A stretch of 24,000 nt of DNA, taken from contig WHTZ01000015.1 of NCBI GenBank assembly GCA_009377495.1, forward strand, positions 40,160 through 64,159, in the 5' to 3' direction. The stretch comes from Luteitalea sp. (GTDB lineage: Bacteria; Acidobacteriota; Vicinamibacteria; Vicinamibacterales; Vicinamibacteraceae). Positions 8,125-15,092 of this stretch are shown piece after piece; position 1 is the first letter of the stretch; every line of letters begins with the position of its first letter. The translations under genes were made by a program, and so were the position numbers. Under the pieces are notes generated by a model. That model saw nothing but the letters and a program-made list of their open reading frames with translations. It was not told where the DNA came from and made no database searches.

Positions 8125-8877
8125 ATGGATCCACTCATAGCCATCATCGCGCGCGAGGCGAAGATTCGCGCGACGAACGTGACGTTCATCTTCTGGGATC
8201 TCTTGTACCCACTCGCCAATCTGCTGATATTTGGGATGGCGTTGAGTCGCACGATTGAGTTCAGAGTGCCGGGCATGCCTGGCGACTACACCGCGTTCTT
8301 CCTGGCCGGCGTGTTGGGGATGGCGAGCTTCAGCATTGCGTCGAACACGGCGTGGTCGTTCTTTCTCGATCGCGACAACGGCATCTTCTACGAGATGCTG
8401 ACCTATCCGATGAGCCGGATGCAGTACCTCGTGGGCAAGGTGTTGTTCAACGTCTTCGTCGCGCTGCTCCAAGCCGTGTTGACGGTGTCATTGGCCGCCT
8501 GGCTGCTAGAGGTCCCCGTCCGCGTCGACCGGCTGCCCCTCCTGGCCGCCACCGTGTCGGTGGGCACAGCCGGCTGGTTCTTCCTCTACGCGATCTTCGC
8601 GCTGCGCATTCGCCGCAACGACGCGTTCAACGCCGTGACGTCGGTGTTCTACTTCGTCTTCTTGTGGGTGAGCTCGATGTTCTACCCGCTCGAGCCACTG
8701 CCGGCAGCGTTTCGGTATCTGGCGTACGCCAACCCGGTGACGTGGCAGGTAGACGTGTTTCGCTACGCGACGCTCGGTCTCGGTCAGCCGAGCCGTTTGC
8801 TCATGGAGGCGGTGGCGTTTTGCGTGTTTGCTCTCGTCGCGTTTTGGTACGCCCTACGCTGCCTGCAGCAGGAATGA
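8125..8877 (+). CDS. ABC-2 type transporter permease
   Basis: ATG at 8125 is 4 nt after the ATPase stop (8118-8120). The 250-aa protein has about 6 hydrophobic helices (LLYPLANLLIFGMAL, FFLAGVLGMASFSIA, VFVALLQAVLTVSLAAWLL, GWFFLYAIFAL, FYFVFLWVSSMFYP, AVAFCVFALVAFWY). Confidence 0.85.
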   Translation: MDPLIAIIAREAKIRATNVTFIFWDLLYPLANLLIFGMALSRTIEFRVPGMPGDYTAFFLAGVLGMASFSIASNTAWSFFLDRDNGIFYEMLTYPMSRMQYLVGKVLFNVFVALLQAVLTVSLAAWLLEVPVRVDRLPLLAATVSVGTAGWFFLYAIFALRIRRNDAFNAVTSVFYFVFLWVSSMFYPLEPLPAAFRYLAYANPVTWQVDVFRYATLGLGQPSRLLMEAVAFCVFALVAFWYALRCLQQE

Positions 8878-8889
8878 ACCAAATGAACC

Positions 8890-9927
8890 CTACCGCTTGG
8901 CTTGCTCGAGGAGGGGCGTGAGGGCGGACTCAATCGAGTCCTCGTCCTGGCCAAAGGAGACGTCCTTGAACAGGTACCAGCGCTCGACGTGGTCGAGCGA
9001 CTGCCCCGGCTCGAGCCGGCGCAATGGGCCCAGCGTCTCTACCTCGATGAAGTTCGCCGAGGTGAAGACTTCGGTGTTGCTGCCGAAGTCCGGGTACTTC
9101 GCACCATCTTGGTAGTCAAAGCGCTTGATGAACAGTGTCGCTTCGCGAAGGTACGCCGCCCAGCCTTGCTTGTTGCCAATGCCGATCTTCTGCGGCTCCG
9201 TGATGGTGCTGTCGGTCGAAAGTTGCAGAAACTTGGCGCCAACCGACCAGCGCGGATCGGCGAGGTTCGTGTAGCCCCACAGTGCCACGGGCCGCACGGG
9301 TAGCAGCTCGTCGTCATGCGACTTGAACGGCTCCTGCGGCAGGATGGTCCGCCCGCCACCGTTCATGATCGTAAGTGCCCACGCCGCCACGTCGAGCGTC
9401 TTCGCACTACGATTTGTGAGGCGGTGCGTCAACGTCACCCCAGAGCCACGCTCGTCGAGCGTCACGACGATCTCCTTCTCCATGCCTGTCTCCGCCTCGA
9501 CGCCACGCATGAGCCGAATCGTACGCGTCCCCTCGAGCTCGTGCTCGATGGGCTCGTTGTCTGGGGCGTACGACCACGGCTTGGCCTCCGGTGCGAGCCA
9601 CAGTCGGTGACCTCCCCACGCCTGCCATTCCTGGCGGCTCTTTTCGTCGAGCTCGACGGGCATCTCTCCCAAAATGTTGTCGCCGCCAACGAACGCGTAC
9701 CGGATCACGCGTGGACCGATGTCCGTGGTGACAACCACCTCGACATCGCCGTTCGTCATGCGCAGGCAGTTCGGTAAGTCGCCTAGGCAAGAAACCTTCT
9801 CCGCCTTCACCTCGGTAGGCCGGCCTTCGCCTTGCCTCGGCGTGGCAAGCGGCGCGGCACGCGACAATCCCACGAGAAGTCCAAGGGTCACACCGATGGA
9901 GAGCCGACCGACACGATGGGTTGACAT
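8890..9927 (-). CDS. Secreted beta-rich protein of unknown function (tentatively galactose-mutarotase-like / DUF4380-like)
   Basis: ATG at 9927 gives a signal peptide MSTHRVGRLSIGVTLGLLVGLSRAAPLA. The mature part is beta-rich and includes a GGHRLWLAPE segment that I associate from memory with DUF4380-type proteins (not verified). The tracked TTG start at 9948 would fall inside the putative -10 element. Confidence 0.65.
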   Translation of the reverse strand: MSTHRVGRLSIGVTLGLLVGLSRAAPLATPRQGEGRPTEVKAEKVSCLGDLPNCLRMTNGDVEVVVTTDIGPRVIRYAFVGGDNILGEMPVELDEKSRQEWQAWGGHRLWLAPEAKPWSYAPDNEPIEHELEGTRTIRLMRGVEAETGMEKEIVVTLDERGSGVTLTHRLTNRSAKTLDVAAWALTIMNGGGRTILPQEPFKSHDDELLPVRPVALWGYTNLADPRWSVGAKFLQLSTDSTITEPQKIGIGNKQGWAAYLREATLFIKRFDYQDGAKYPDFGSNTEVFTSANFIEVETLGPLRRLEPGQSLDHVERWYLFKDVSFGQDEDSIESALTPLLEQAKR

Positions 9928-9937
9928 GGTAGTCTGG

Positions 9938-9991
9938 AGGCTACGCAAAGGGCCGTGGGCATGTCAAGGGATCGAGGGTCAATCGAGGGTC
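9938..9991 (-). promoter_or_regulatory. Candidate promoter (TTGACA-N18-TAGCCT) preceded by a tandem 11-nt direct repeat
   Basis: On the minus strand, TTGACA is the complement of 9962-9967 and TAGCCT is the complement of 9938-9943. Plus-strand ATCGAGGGTC occurs twice with an 11-nt period (9971-9980 and 9982-9991). The ATG at 9927 is only about 10 nt beyond the -10 hexamer. Confidence 0.35.
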
Positions 9992-9995
9992 GGCT

Positions 9996-10673
9996 TCAAA
10001 AGGTGCGCTTGGTCAAACGCTCGATGTTGAATCTGGCGGTATCGGCAACAACCATGACGGCCATCACCCCTGCTTGGACCGGGTCGGTCACCACGAGGTC
10101 GGCTGCTTCTGGCACGCCTCCGGCCATGTTCAGGCTGACGACGATCAAACCGCGCGCGCGGACCTCATTGACGGCATCGACAATCTGCCCACCCATGAGG
10201 GATCCGGCGAGCACGAGCACGCGAGCGCGCGGCAGCCGCGCCACGGCGCGAACAGCTTCGGCCAGCGGCTCCTCACCCACGAGCGGAATCGTATCCACGG
10301 AGATCTTTTCGCCGCGAATGTTGTGGCGATCCGCCTCGGAGATCGCCCCAATCGCCACCTGACCCACTTGCGCGCCACCGCCAATGATGATGATGCGCTT
10401 GCCATACACTCGCTGGAACGTTTCGACGCGCTCGATGCCCTGCACAACGGACATGGCGCCGAGCTCCTCGAGCATCGCTGCCGGCGCGTCCGTTTCGATT
10501 TCGAGATACACCCGGCTACGGTCGTCCCGGTGGTCCAGGATCTCGACCGACGTGATGTCGCCTCGATGTTTGGCGATCACGCCAGTGAGCTGGTGCAGGA
10601 CCCCTGGACCCGAGTCTGCAGTGACGACGATGGCGACCGGTTCCACCTCGCTCATCGACGGGAATGGTACCAC
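9996..10673 (-). CDS. ACT-domain protein with an uncharacterised Rossmann-like C-terminal domain
   Basis: The N-terminus (VAIVVTADSGPGVLHQLTGVIAKHRGDITSVEIL...VYLEIE) has the ACT beta-alpha-beta-beta-alpha-beta pattern. The C-terminal domain has a glycine-rich turn RIIIIGGGAQVGQVA. Start is GTG at 10673 or ATG at 10655. Confidence 0.65.
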   Translation of the reverse strand: MVPFPSMSEVEPVAIVVTADSGPGVLHQLTGVIAKHRGDITSVEILDHRDDRSRVYLEIETDAPAAMLEELGAMSVVQGIERVETFQRVYGKRIIIIGGGAQVGQVAIGAISEADRHNIRGEKISVDTIPLVGEEPLAEAVRAVARLPRARVLVLAGSLMGGQIVDAVNEVRARGLIVVSLNMAGGVPEAADLVVTDPVQAGVMAVMVVADTARFNIERLTKRTF

Positions 10674-10685
10674 GCGGACAGGACA

Positions 10686-11567
10686 CTAGGCTCGTGTGAG
10701 CGCCACACCACCGACCACGAGTCCCGCGCCGGTGATCTTGAGCCAGCCAATCGGCTCCCCGAGCCAGAGCCCGGCGACGGCCAATGCCGCTATGGGCACC
10801 ATGTTCGAGTACATGGCCGTCCGTGCCGCGCCCAGGCGCTGGACCCCCGTGTACCAGACGATGTAGGCAAGGTTCAGTGCGAGGAGCGAGGAGAAGATCG
10901 AGGCAACCCAGGAGACGCTGCTGACCTCACGCCAGGCTGTCGTCGCCACCGCGGTCGAGCTGTATGCCAAGTAGAGTGTGGTCCCGATCGCCATCGAGTA
11001 TCCGGTGACGACAAGTGGCGAGTGACGAACGAGCAGCGGACCGGCGGCAACCGTGTAGAGGCTCCAGCAGGCCACCGCCGAGAGCATCAGCAGATCACCA
11101 ACGATCGACGTGCCAGACATGCGAGCACCCCACCCGACGACGAGATACACGCCAAGGGCCGACAGCGCGGCGCCAAGCCAGTGCAATCGACCTACGCGCT
11201 CGTGGCCGAGCCCGGCGCTGGTGAGCGCCACCGCTACCGGCGTCGACGCCATGACGAGGGCGGCATTTGCGGCGCTCGTCCGCGCGATCCCCTCGATGAA
11301 GCAGATCTGATACAGAAAATGGCCAACACAGGCCAACAGGCCGAGCAGCGCAACGTCACGCTTCGAGAACGAGATTTGGGCGGCACCGCGCGCACGCAGC
11401 CAGATCATCGTGAGAAAGACGAGCGAGGCCAGCACCAGGCGTAGTGCGTTGAAGCTCGGTGGTGACAGCTCCCGCAACACGAACTTCACGACGCTATAGT
11501 TGCTGCCCCAGAGGAAGGTAATCAGGAGCAGCCAGCCGTCCATGCGGGCAAAGCGGGGAGCAGCCAC
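10686..11567 (-). CDS. EamA/DMT-family transporter (two EamA repeats, 10 TM)
   Basis: 293-aa polytopic protein. The N-terminus LLLITFLWGSNYSVVKFVL is typical of EamA domains. The second repeat (SAVACWSLYTVAAGPLL...) and hydrophobic periodicity continue throughout. Confidence 0.85.
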   Translation of the reverse strand: MAAPRFARMDGWLLLITFLWGSNYSVVKFVLRELSPPSFNALRLVLASLVFLTMIWLRARGAAQISFSKRDVALLGLLACVGHFLYQICFIEGIARTSAANAALVMASTPVAVALTSAGLGHERVGRLHWLGAALSALGVYLVVGWGARMSGTSIVGDLLMLSAVACWSLYTVAAGPLLVRHSPLVVTGYSMAIGTTLYLAYSSTAVATTAWREVSSVSWVASIFSSLLALNLAYIVWYTGVQRLGAARTAMYSNMVPIAALAVAGLWLGEPIGWLKITGAGLVVGGVALTRA

Positions 11568-11593
11568 GAGGGAAGGAGACGATGCTGCACGGT

Positions 11594-11630
11594 GAAAAGG
11601 CGACGGGACGAGCCGGAGCCCGCCCCGTCG
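11594..11630 (-). terminator. Rho-independent terminator downstream of atpE
   Basis: Minus-strand RNA: CGACGGGGCGGGC-UCCG-GCUCGUCCCGUCG. This is a 13-bp stem (two G.U pairs) with a tetraloop, followed by CCUUUUC. It begins 27 nt after the atpE stop. Confidence 0.65.
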
Positions 11631-11657
11631 ATCACGAGTCGCGCCGAAAACCGGTGC

Positions 11658-12002
11658 CTAGAAAAGGCGATTCGGCACGATGAAGATGAACAGCGAGATG
11701 AGCAGCACGTAGAGCACGAGCGACTCGATCAGCACGAGACCCAGAATGGTCACGCCGCGGATCTGGTCGGCCGCGCCCGGATTCCGTGCGATCGCCTCGG
11801 TCGCCGAGGCCACCGCCCTGCCCTGACCGAGCGCACCGCCCGCCGCGGCAATGCCCAGCGCGAACCCCGCGGTCGCGATCGCCCACTTGAGCGCCTCCGC
11901 TGATTTCAAGGCGCCGCCGCCTGCCGCCTGTTCCTGTGCGTAGAGCGGCGTGAGTATCCCTGCCGCCAACATGAGCCCCATTACGATGACGAGCTTCTTC
12001 AC
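11658..12002 (-). CDS. atpE: F-type ATP synthase Fo subunit c, with an N-terminal hydrophobic extension
   Basis: GTG at 12002 lies 7-8 nt after GGAGGAGG. Core: GIAAAGGALGQGRAVASATEAIARNPGA...ILGLVLIESLVLYVLLISL, that is a glycine-rich helix 1, the RNP loop and the carboxylate Glu in helix 2. It is preceded by VKKLVIVMGLMLAAGILTPLYAQEQ. Confidence 0.9.
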   Translation of the reverse strand: MKKLVIVMGLMLAAGILTPLYAQEQAAGGGALKSAEALKWAIATAGFALGIAAAGGALGQGRAVASATEAIARNPGAADQIRGVTILGLVLIESLVLYVLLISLFIFIVPNRLF

Positions 12003-12197
12003 GATCGGAGCCTCCTCCGAAAATGGCATTACGAACGATGTGTCCCCGGTGGCCGCCGTTCGAACTCACGCGTGTCGAGAGCCACCTAATCGTTCACGCG
12101 AGCCGCGCCCGGGCTCGCGCGGTGCCCTGCGCTGTGCGCTTCGCACCTCCTGCTCGCGCCCCCGAGCACACATCAGGTTCGGGAGCGGAACAAACCT

Positions 12198-12249
12198 CAA
12201 TGCACAATGCTCAATGTTCAAATCGCCCCGCATTGGGCATTGGGCATTG
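12198..12249 (-). other. 19-bp imperfect hairpin built from 7-nt CAATGNN / CATTGNN repeats, immediately after the atpB stop codon
   Basis: Plus strand: CAATGCACAATGCTCAATG (12198-12216) and CATTGGGCATTGGGCATTG (12231-12249). Pairing is 17/19 with a 14-nt loop. On the minus-strand RNA it is followed by AGGUUUGUU. Confidence 0.5.
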
Positions 12250-13047
12250 CTATGCGGCTGCGTGTGCCTGCGCTTCGTCGTGGTGCACCTCGTGGTCATG
12301 ATCGGTGTGCACGGCGCCCGCCAGGTAGATCATCGTCAGCAGCGCGAAAATGTATGCCTGCAGCGTGCCGGTCACGACGCCCAACAGCATGAAGGGAAGC
12401 GGAACGATGAACGGCACCAAACCGGCGATGATCAGCACGATCATCTCCTCGCCAAAGACGTTCCCGAAGAGCCGTAACGACAGTGACATCACGCGCGACG
12501 CGTGGCTGATCAGCTCAATCACACCGATGAGCGGCGCCATCACGATTGGTACACCCGGCATCACGAAGAAGTGCTTCGCGTACCTGAATACGCCTTGCGT
12601 CCGGAGGCCCTCCAGATGGTAGTAGACCCAGACGGTCACCGCGCAGCCGACCGTCACATTGATGTTCGCGGTTGGCGACATCAGGCCAGGCACCTTGCCT
12701 ATCATGTTCGCGACGAAGATGAACAAGCCGATGGCACCAACGAGCGGCAGGTACTTTGGTCCTTTGTCGCCGATGTTCTCTCGAAGCGTGCTGTTGAGAA
12801 AATTGACTACGTCCTCGAGCAGGATCTGCAGCTTGCCCGGCTGCTCCACGCTCAGGCGCGCCCGCACGAATGCACTCAGCAGCGTCAAGCCGAGCACGAC
12901 GAGGAAGGACATCACGAGGTAGTCTGGAATCGGTTGCGCGTTGGCCGGCCACTCGACTCCTAACGCGGCGTAGATGGGCCGTAAGACCGGGGCAAGCAGG
13001 GCATTGACCGCGCCGACGATCCAGAGTTCGTGGTGGAGCTGTTCCAT
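12250..13047 (-). CDS. atpB: F-type ATP synthase Fo subunit a
   Basis: 265-aa polytopic protein with the conserved arginine helix SRVMSLSLRLFGNVFGEEM and C-terminal helices LGVVTGTLQAYIFALLTMIYL. Its position directly upstream of subunit c supports the call. Confidence 0.9.
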   Translation of the reverse strand: MEQLHHELWIVGAVNALLAPVLRPIYAALGVEWPANAQPIPDYLVMSFLVVLGLTLLSAFVRARLSVEQPGKLQILLEDVVNFLNSTLRENIGDKGPKYLPLVGAIGLFIFVANMIGKVPGLMSPTANINVTVGCAVTVWVYYHLEGLRTQGVFRYAKHFFVMPGVPIVMAPLIGVIELISHASRVMSLSLRLFGNVFGEEMIVLIIAGLVPFIVPLPFMLLGVVTGTLQAYIFALLTMIYLAGAVHTDHDHEVHHDEAQAHAAA

Positions 13048-13086
13048 CGCAAGCCGGTGGTAACGATGACCGCTATGAGGGGAATC

Positions 13087-13512
13087 TCAGTGCGCGCCGC
13101 GGCGCACCAACAATCGGACAGTCTCGGCTGAGGCCGCTAAGACGACCGAAGACGCGCCCAGCAGCAGCCCAATCGGGTGCAGGCGCAAACGGCCAATCAT
13201 AACGTACGCCAGAAATCCCAGCAAAGCATAGCGGCCTACCAGCCCGAAGAGCCGGCGACCGGCCGCTCGACCTTGGGCCCGACGCGTGTCGGTTGTCATC
13301 ACGGCCCCGACGCTGGCGCGAATCGTCCAAAAGCTCAGCCCAGAGATCAGCCCGCCACCCAGCACGCCGAGCGCAAGTTGCGCCCCCGAGAACAGCCACG
13401 CCGCGACCGCGAGCAACAGGCAGGCCGCGAGCGCGCCGCGCCCGATGCGCTCGAGCAATCGGTCACTTGGAGCGGGTGCTGCGGAGGGCGCGGGCGGTGA
13501 TGCGGTAGACAT
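13087..13512 (-). CDS. atpI: ATP synthase protein I-like small membrane protein
   Basis: Hydrophobic 4-helix small protein (ALAACLLLAVAAWLF, LGVLGGGLISGLSFW, LFGLVGRYALLGFLAYVMI, IGLLLGASSVVLAA) directly upstream of atpB. The start is uncertain: ATG at 13512 overlaps the upstream gene by 50 nt, whereas TTG at 13458 would avoid the overlap. Confidence 0.55.
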   Translation of the reverse strand: MSTASPPAPSAAPAPSDRLLERIGRGALAACLLLAVAAWLFSGAQLALGVLGGGLISGLSFWTIRASVGAVMTTDTRRAQGRAAGRRLFGLVGRYALLGFLAYVMIGRLRLHPIGLLLGASSVVLAASAETVRLLVRRGAH

Positions 13513-13723
13513 TCAGGATGCCGGCAGCGACGCCACAGGCAAAGAACACAATGAAGCCCCACGGAGCGGTTCCGAAACGCTGATCGACCCACCAACCGAC
13601 GGCGGTGCCCATGACGATGGCCAGTACGAACGACAGCCCCAGCGAGGCCAGCTCGCCAACCGCCCGCCAGTCGCTGGGTCGAAGCATGGTCTGTGCTATT
13701 CGGGCTCCTTGTCGTCGCCGCAT
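13463..13723 (-). CDS. AtpZ/ATPase_gene1-like small membrane protein (first gene of the atp unit)
   Basis: Two-helix protein GELASLGLSFVLAIVMGTAVGWWVDQRFGTAPWGFIVFFACGVAAGILNVY. This resembles the small proteins encoded upstream of atpI in many atp operons. The start is ATG at 13723, or ATG at 13687, which lies 8 nt after the upstream gene's stop. Confidence 0.55.
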   Translation of the reverse strand: MRRRQGARIAQTMLRPSDWRAVGELASLGLSFVLAIVMGTAVGWWVDQRFGTAPWGFIVFFACGVAAGILNVYRITARALRSTRSK

Positions 13724-14004
13724 GGCGCGACGACGCCCGCGAGCGGATCTGCGTTGGGCGGCTCGCCTCCTTTCGGGGGCTGGTTCGGCCTGGCCGTCGC
13801 CTCCTGCCGCGCCACGGGCCGCGAGGTGTCATCCTGCGGCAGCTCTGCCCCACAGTCCGGCTCTGTGGCCCCGTTCGACCCGGCCGTGGCCTGCGCCTGC
13901 CCATCCGCGGGCGGCTGATCCGTCGAGCCGCCGCTTACGACGTACGCCGCCAGGCTCCCAGCGACCACGAGCCCCAGCAGTACGACAATCCCTCTCGATT
14001 TCAT
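13696..14004 (-). CDS. Small signal-anchored or secreted Pro/Gly/Asp-rich low-complexity protein
   Basis: ATG at 14004 is preceded by GAGGTGG. The N-terminus MKSRGIVVLLGLVVAGSLAAYVV is a signal or anchor. The remainder is low complexity with two Cys. Third codon positions are GC-rich, consistent with coding. Confidence 0.5.
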   Translation of the reverse strand: MKSRGIVVLLGLVVAGSLAAYVVSGGSTDQPPADGQAQATAGSNGATEPDCGAELPQDDTSRPVARQEATARPNQPPKGGEPPNADPLAGVVAPCGDDKEPE

Positions 14005-14165
14005 CGCCACCTCGCAAGACAGGGAACGGCGCGGAAAGGGGGTCACGACCCCTTTCCCGGTGCCGGCCCGGTCGTGATCCTCTGAACTATACTGAGGAGA
14101 CGGGCCTGTTTGCCAGCGGCATGCTCGAGGCGAGCCAGAGAGCCGCCCCTGAACGGAGCTTGATC

Positions 14166-15092
14166 ATGCATACATTGGATCTCGTTTGTCACCACCGGCC
14201 CGTGCTCGTCATTACCCTCGCGCTTGCTGCCGGATTGTCCCTGCCCTCGACCGCGCTCACACAGCCCGATGAGCGGGCGCTGTATGTCAGCGTGCTGAAC
14301 AAGCGGAACGAGCCTGTCACCACGCTCGGGCGGGACGATCTGATCGTGCGCGAGGATGGGGTTGCGCGTGAGGTGCTGCGCCTCAGCCGCGCGACACAGC
14401 CTCTGCAGATCGCGCTGCTCGTTGACAACAGCCAGGCAGCAGAGCGCGACATGCTGAACCTCCGCGAGGGGTTGACGTCGTTCGTAGACGCGATCACAAG
14501 TGATGGCAAGCACGAGCTCTCATTGGTCACGTTTGGCGAGCGCCCGACGATTCAACTCAACCCCACCCGCGACGTCGAGGCGCTGCACAGTGCCGTCGGG
14601 CGGCTGTTTGCGGTCCCCGGCTCGGGTGCCTACGCGCTCGAAGCCATCGCGGCGACCGCCCGCGGCTTTGCGCGGCGCGAGGCGACCCGACCTGTGATCG
14701 TTCTGATCGTGACCGAGGGTGTCGAGTTCAGCAATGACCACTATCAGACGGTGATCGATGCGCTGAAGCGAAGCGGCGCCGCGTTCTACGCGCTCCGGCT
14801 CACGGAGCACGGTGATGCCGACGATCAGCGGGACGAGACCCGCAATCGCAACATCGTGCTCGACCGCGGCACGCGAGAGACTGGCGGCCGGCAGGAGATC
14901 TTGCTGACAACGATGAGCGTGAACGACGAGCTGGAGACGTTGGCTCATGAGCTCGTCAATCAGTACCGAGTGGTCTACGCGCGGCCCGAGTCGCTCATTC
15001 CACCCGAACGGGTCACGGTCGAGGCCAAGGACAAAGACCTGACCGCCCGCGCGACGCCCGAGCGAGAGCCCCGGTCAGGAGCGTCACGGTGA
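14166..15092 (+). CDS. Secreted VWFA-type protein (Acidobacterial VWFA-related family-like), MIDAS motif degenerate
   Basis: ATG at 14166 is in frame with the tracked 495-aa ORF, whose first 187 codons overlap minus-strand genes. Signal peptide: HRPVLVITLALAAGLSLPSTALTQ. N-terminal strand region: LYVSVLNKRNEPVTTLGRDDLIVREDGVAREV. The VWA core has LLVDNSQAA in place of DxSxS. Confidence 0.8.
   Translation: MHTLDLVCHHRPVLVITLALAAGLSLPSTALTQPDERALYVSVLNKRNEPVTTLGRDDLIVREDGVAREVLRLSRATQPLQIALLVDNSQAAERDMLNLREGLTSFVDAITSDGKHELSLVTFGERPTIQLNPTRDVEALHSAVGRLFAVPGSGAYALEAIAATARGFARREATRPVIVLIVTEGVEFSNDHYQTVIDALKRSGAAFYALRLTEHGDADDQRDETRNRNIVLDRGTRETGGRQEILLTTMSVNDELETLAHELVNQYRVVYARPESLIPPERVTVEAKDKDLTARATPEREPRSGASR

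Noticed and set aside
8873-8889. Short tandem duplication AATGAACC-A-AATGAACC between the convergent permease and secreted-protein genes, considered together with other short tandem repeats as a possible CRISPR or minisatellite
   Set aside because: There are only two 8-nt copies and no spacer-repeat architecture. None of the repeats in the window have CRISPR-like length (about 28-37 nt) or regular unique spacers.
10074-11444. 456-aa plus-strand ORF, the second-longest in this part of the track
   Set aside because: It runs antisense across two well-supported minus-strand genes (the ACT-domain protein and the EamA transporter). Its product is Arg/His/Asp-rich with no domain-like pattern. It is a typical GC-rich antisense-frame artefact.
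13605-14165. N-terminal 187 codons of the tracked 495-aa ORF 13605..15092
   Set aside because: This part overlaps the minus-strand atpZ-like and small secreted-protein genes and is Pro/Arg/Ala low-complexity. The VWFA protein has a proper ATG (14166) followed by a signal peptide, so only 14166-15092 is called.
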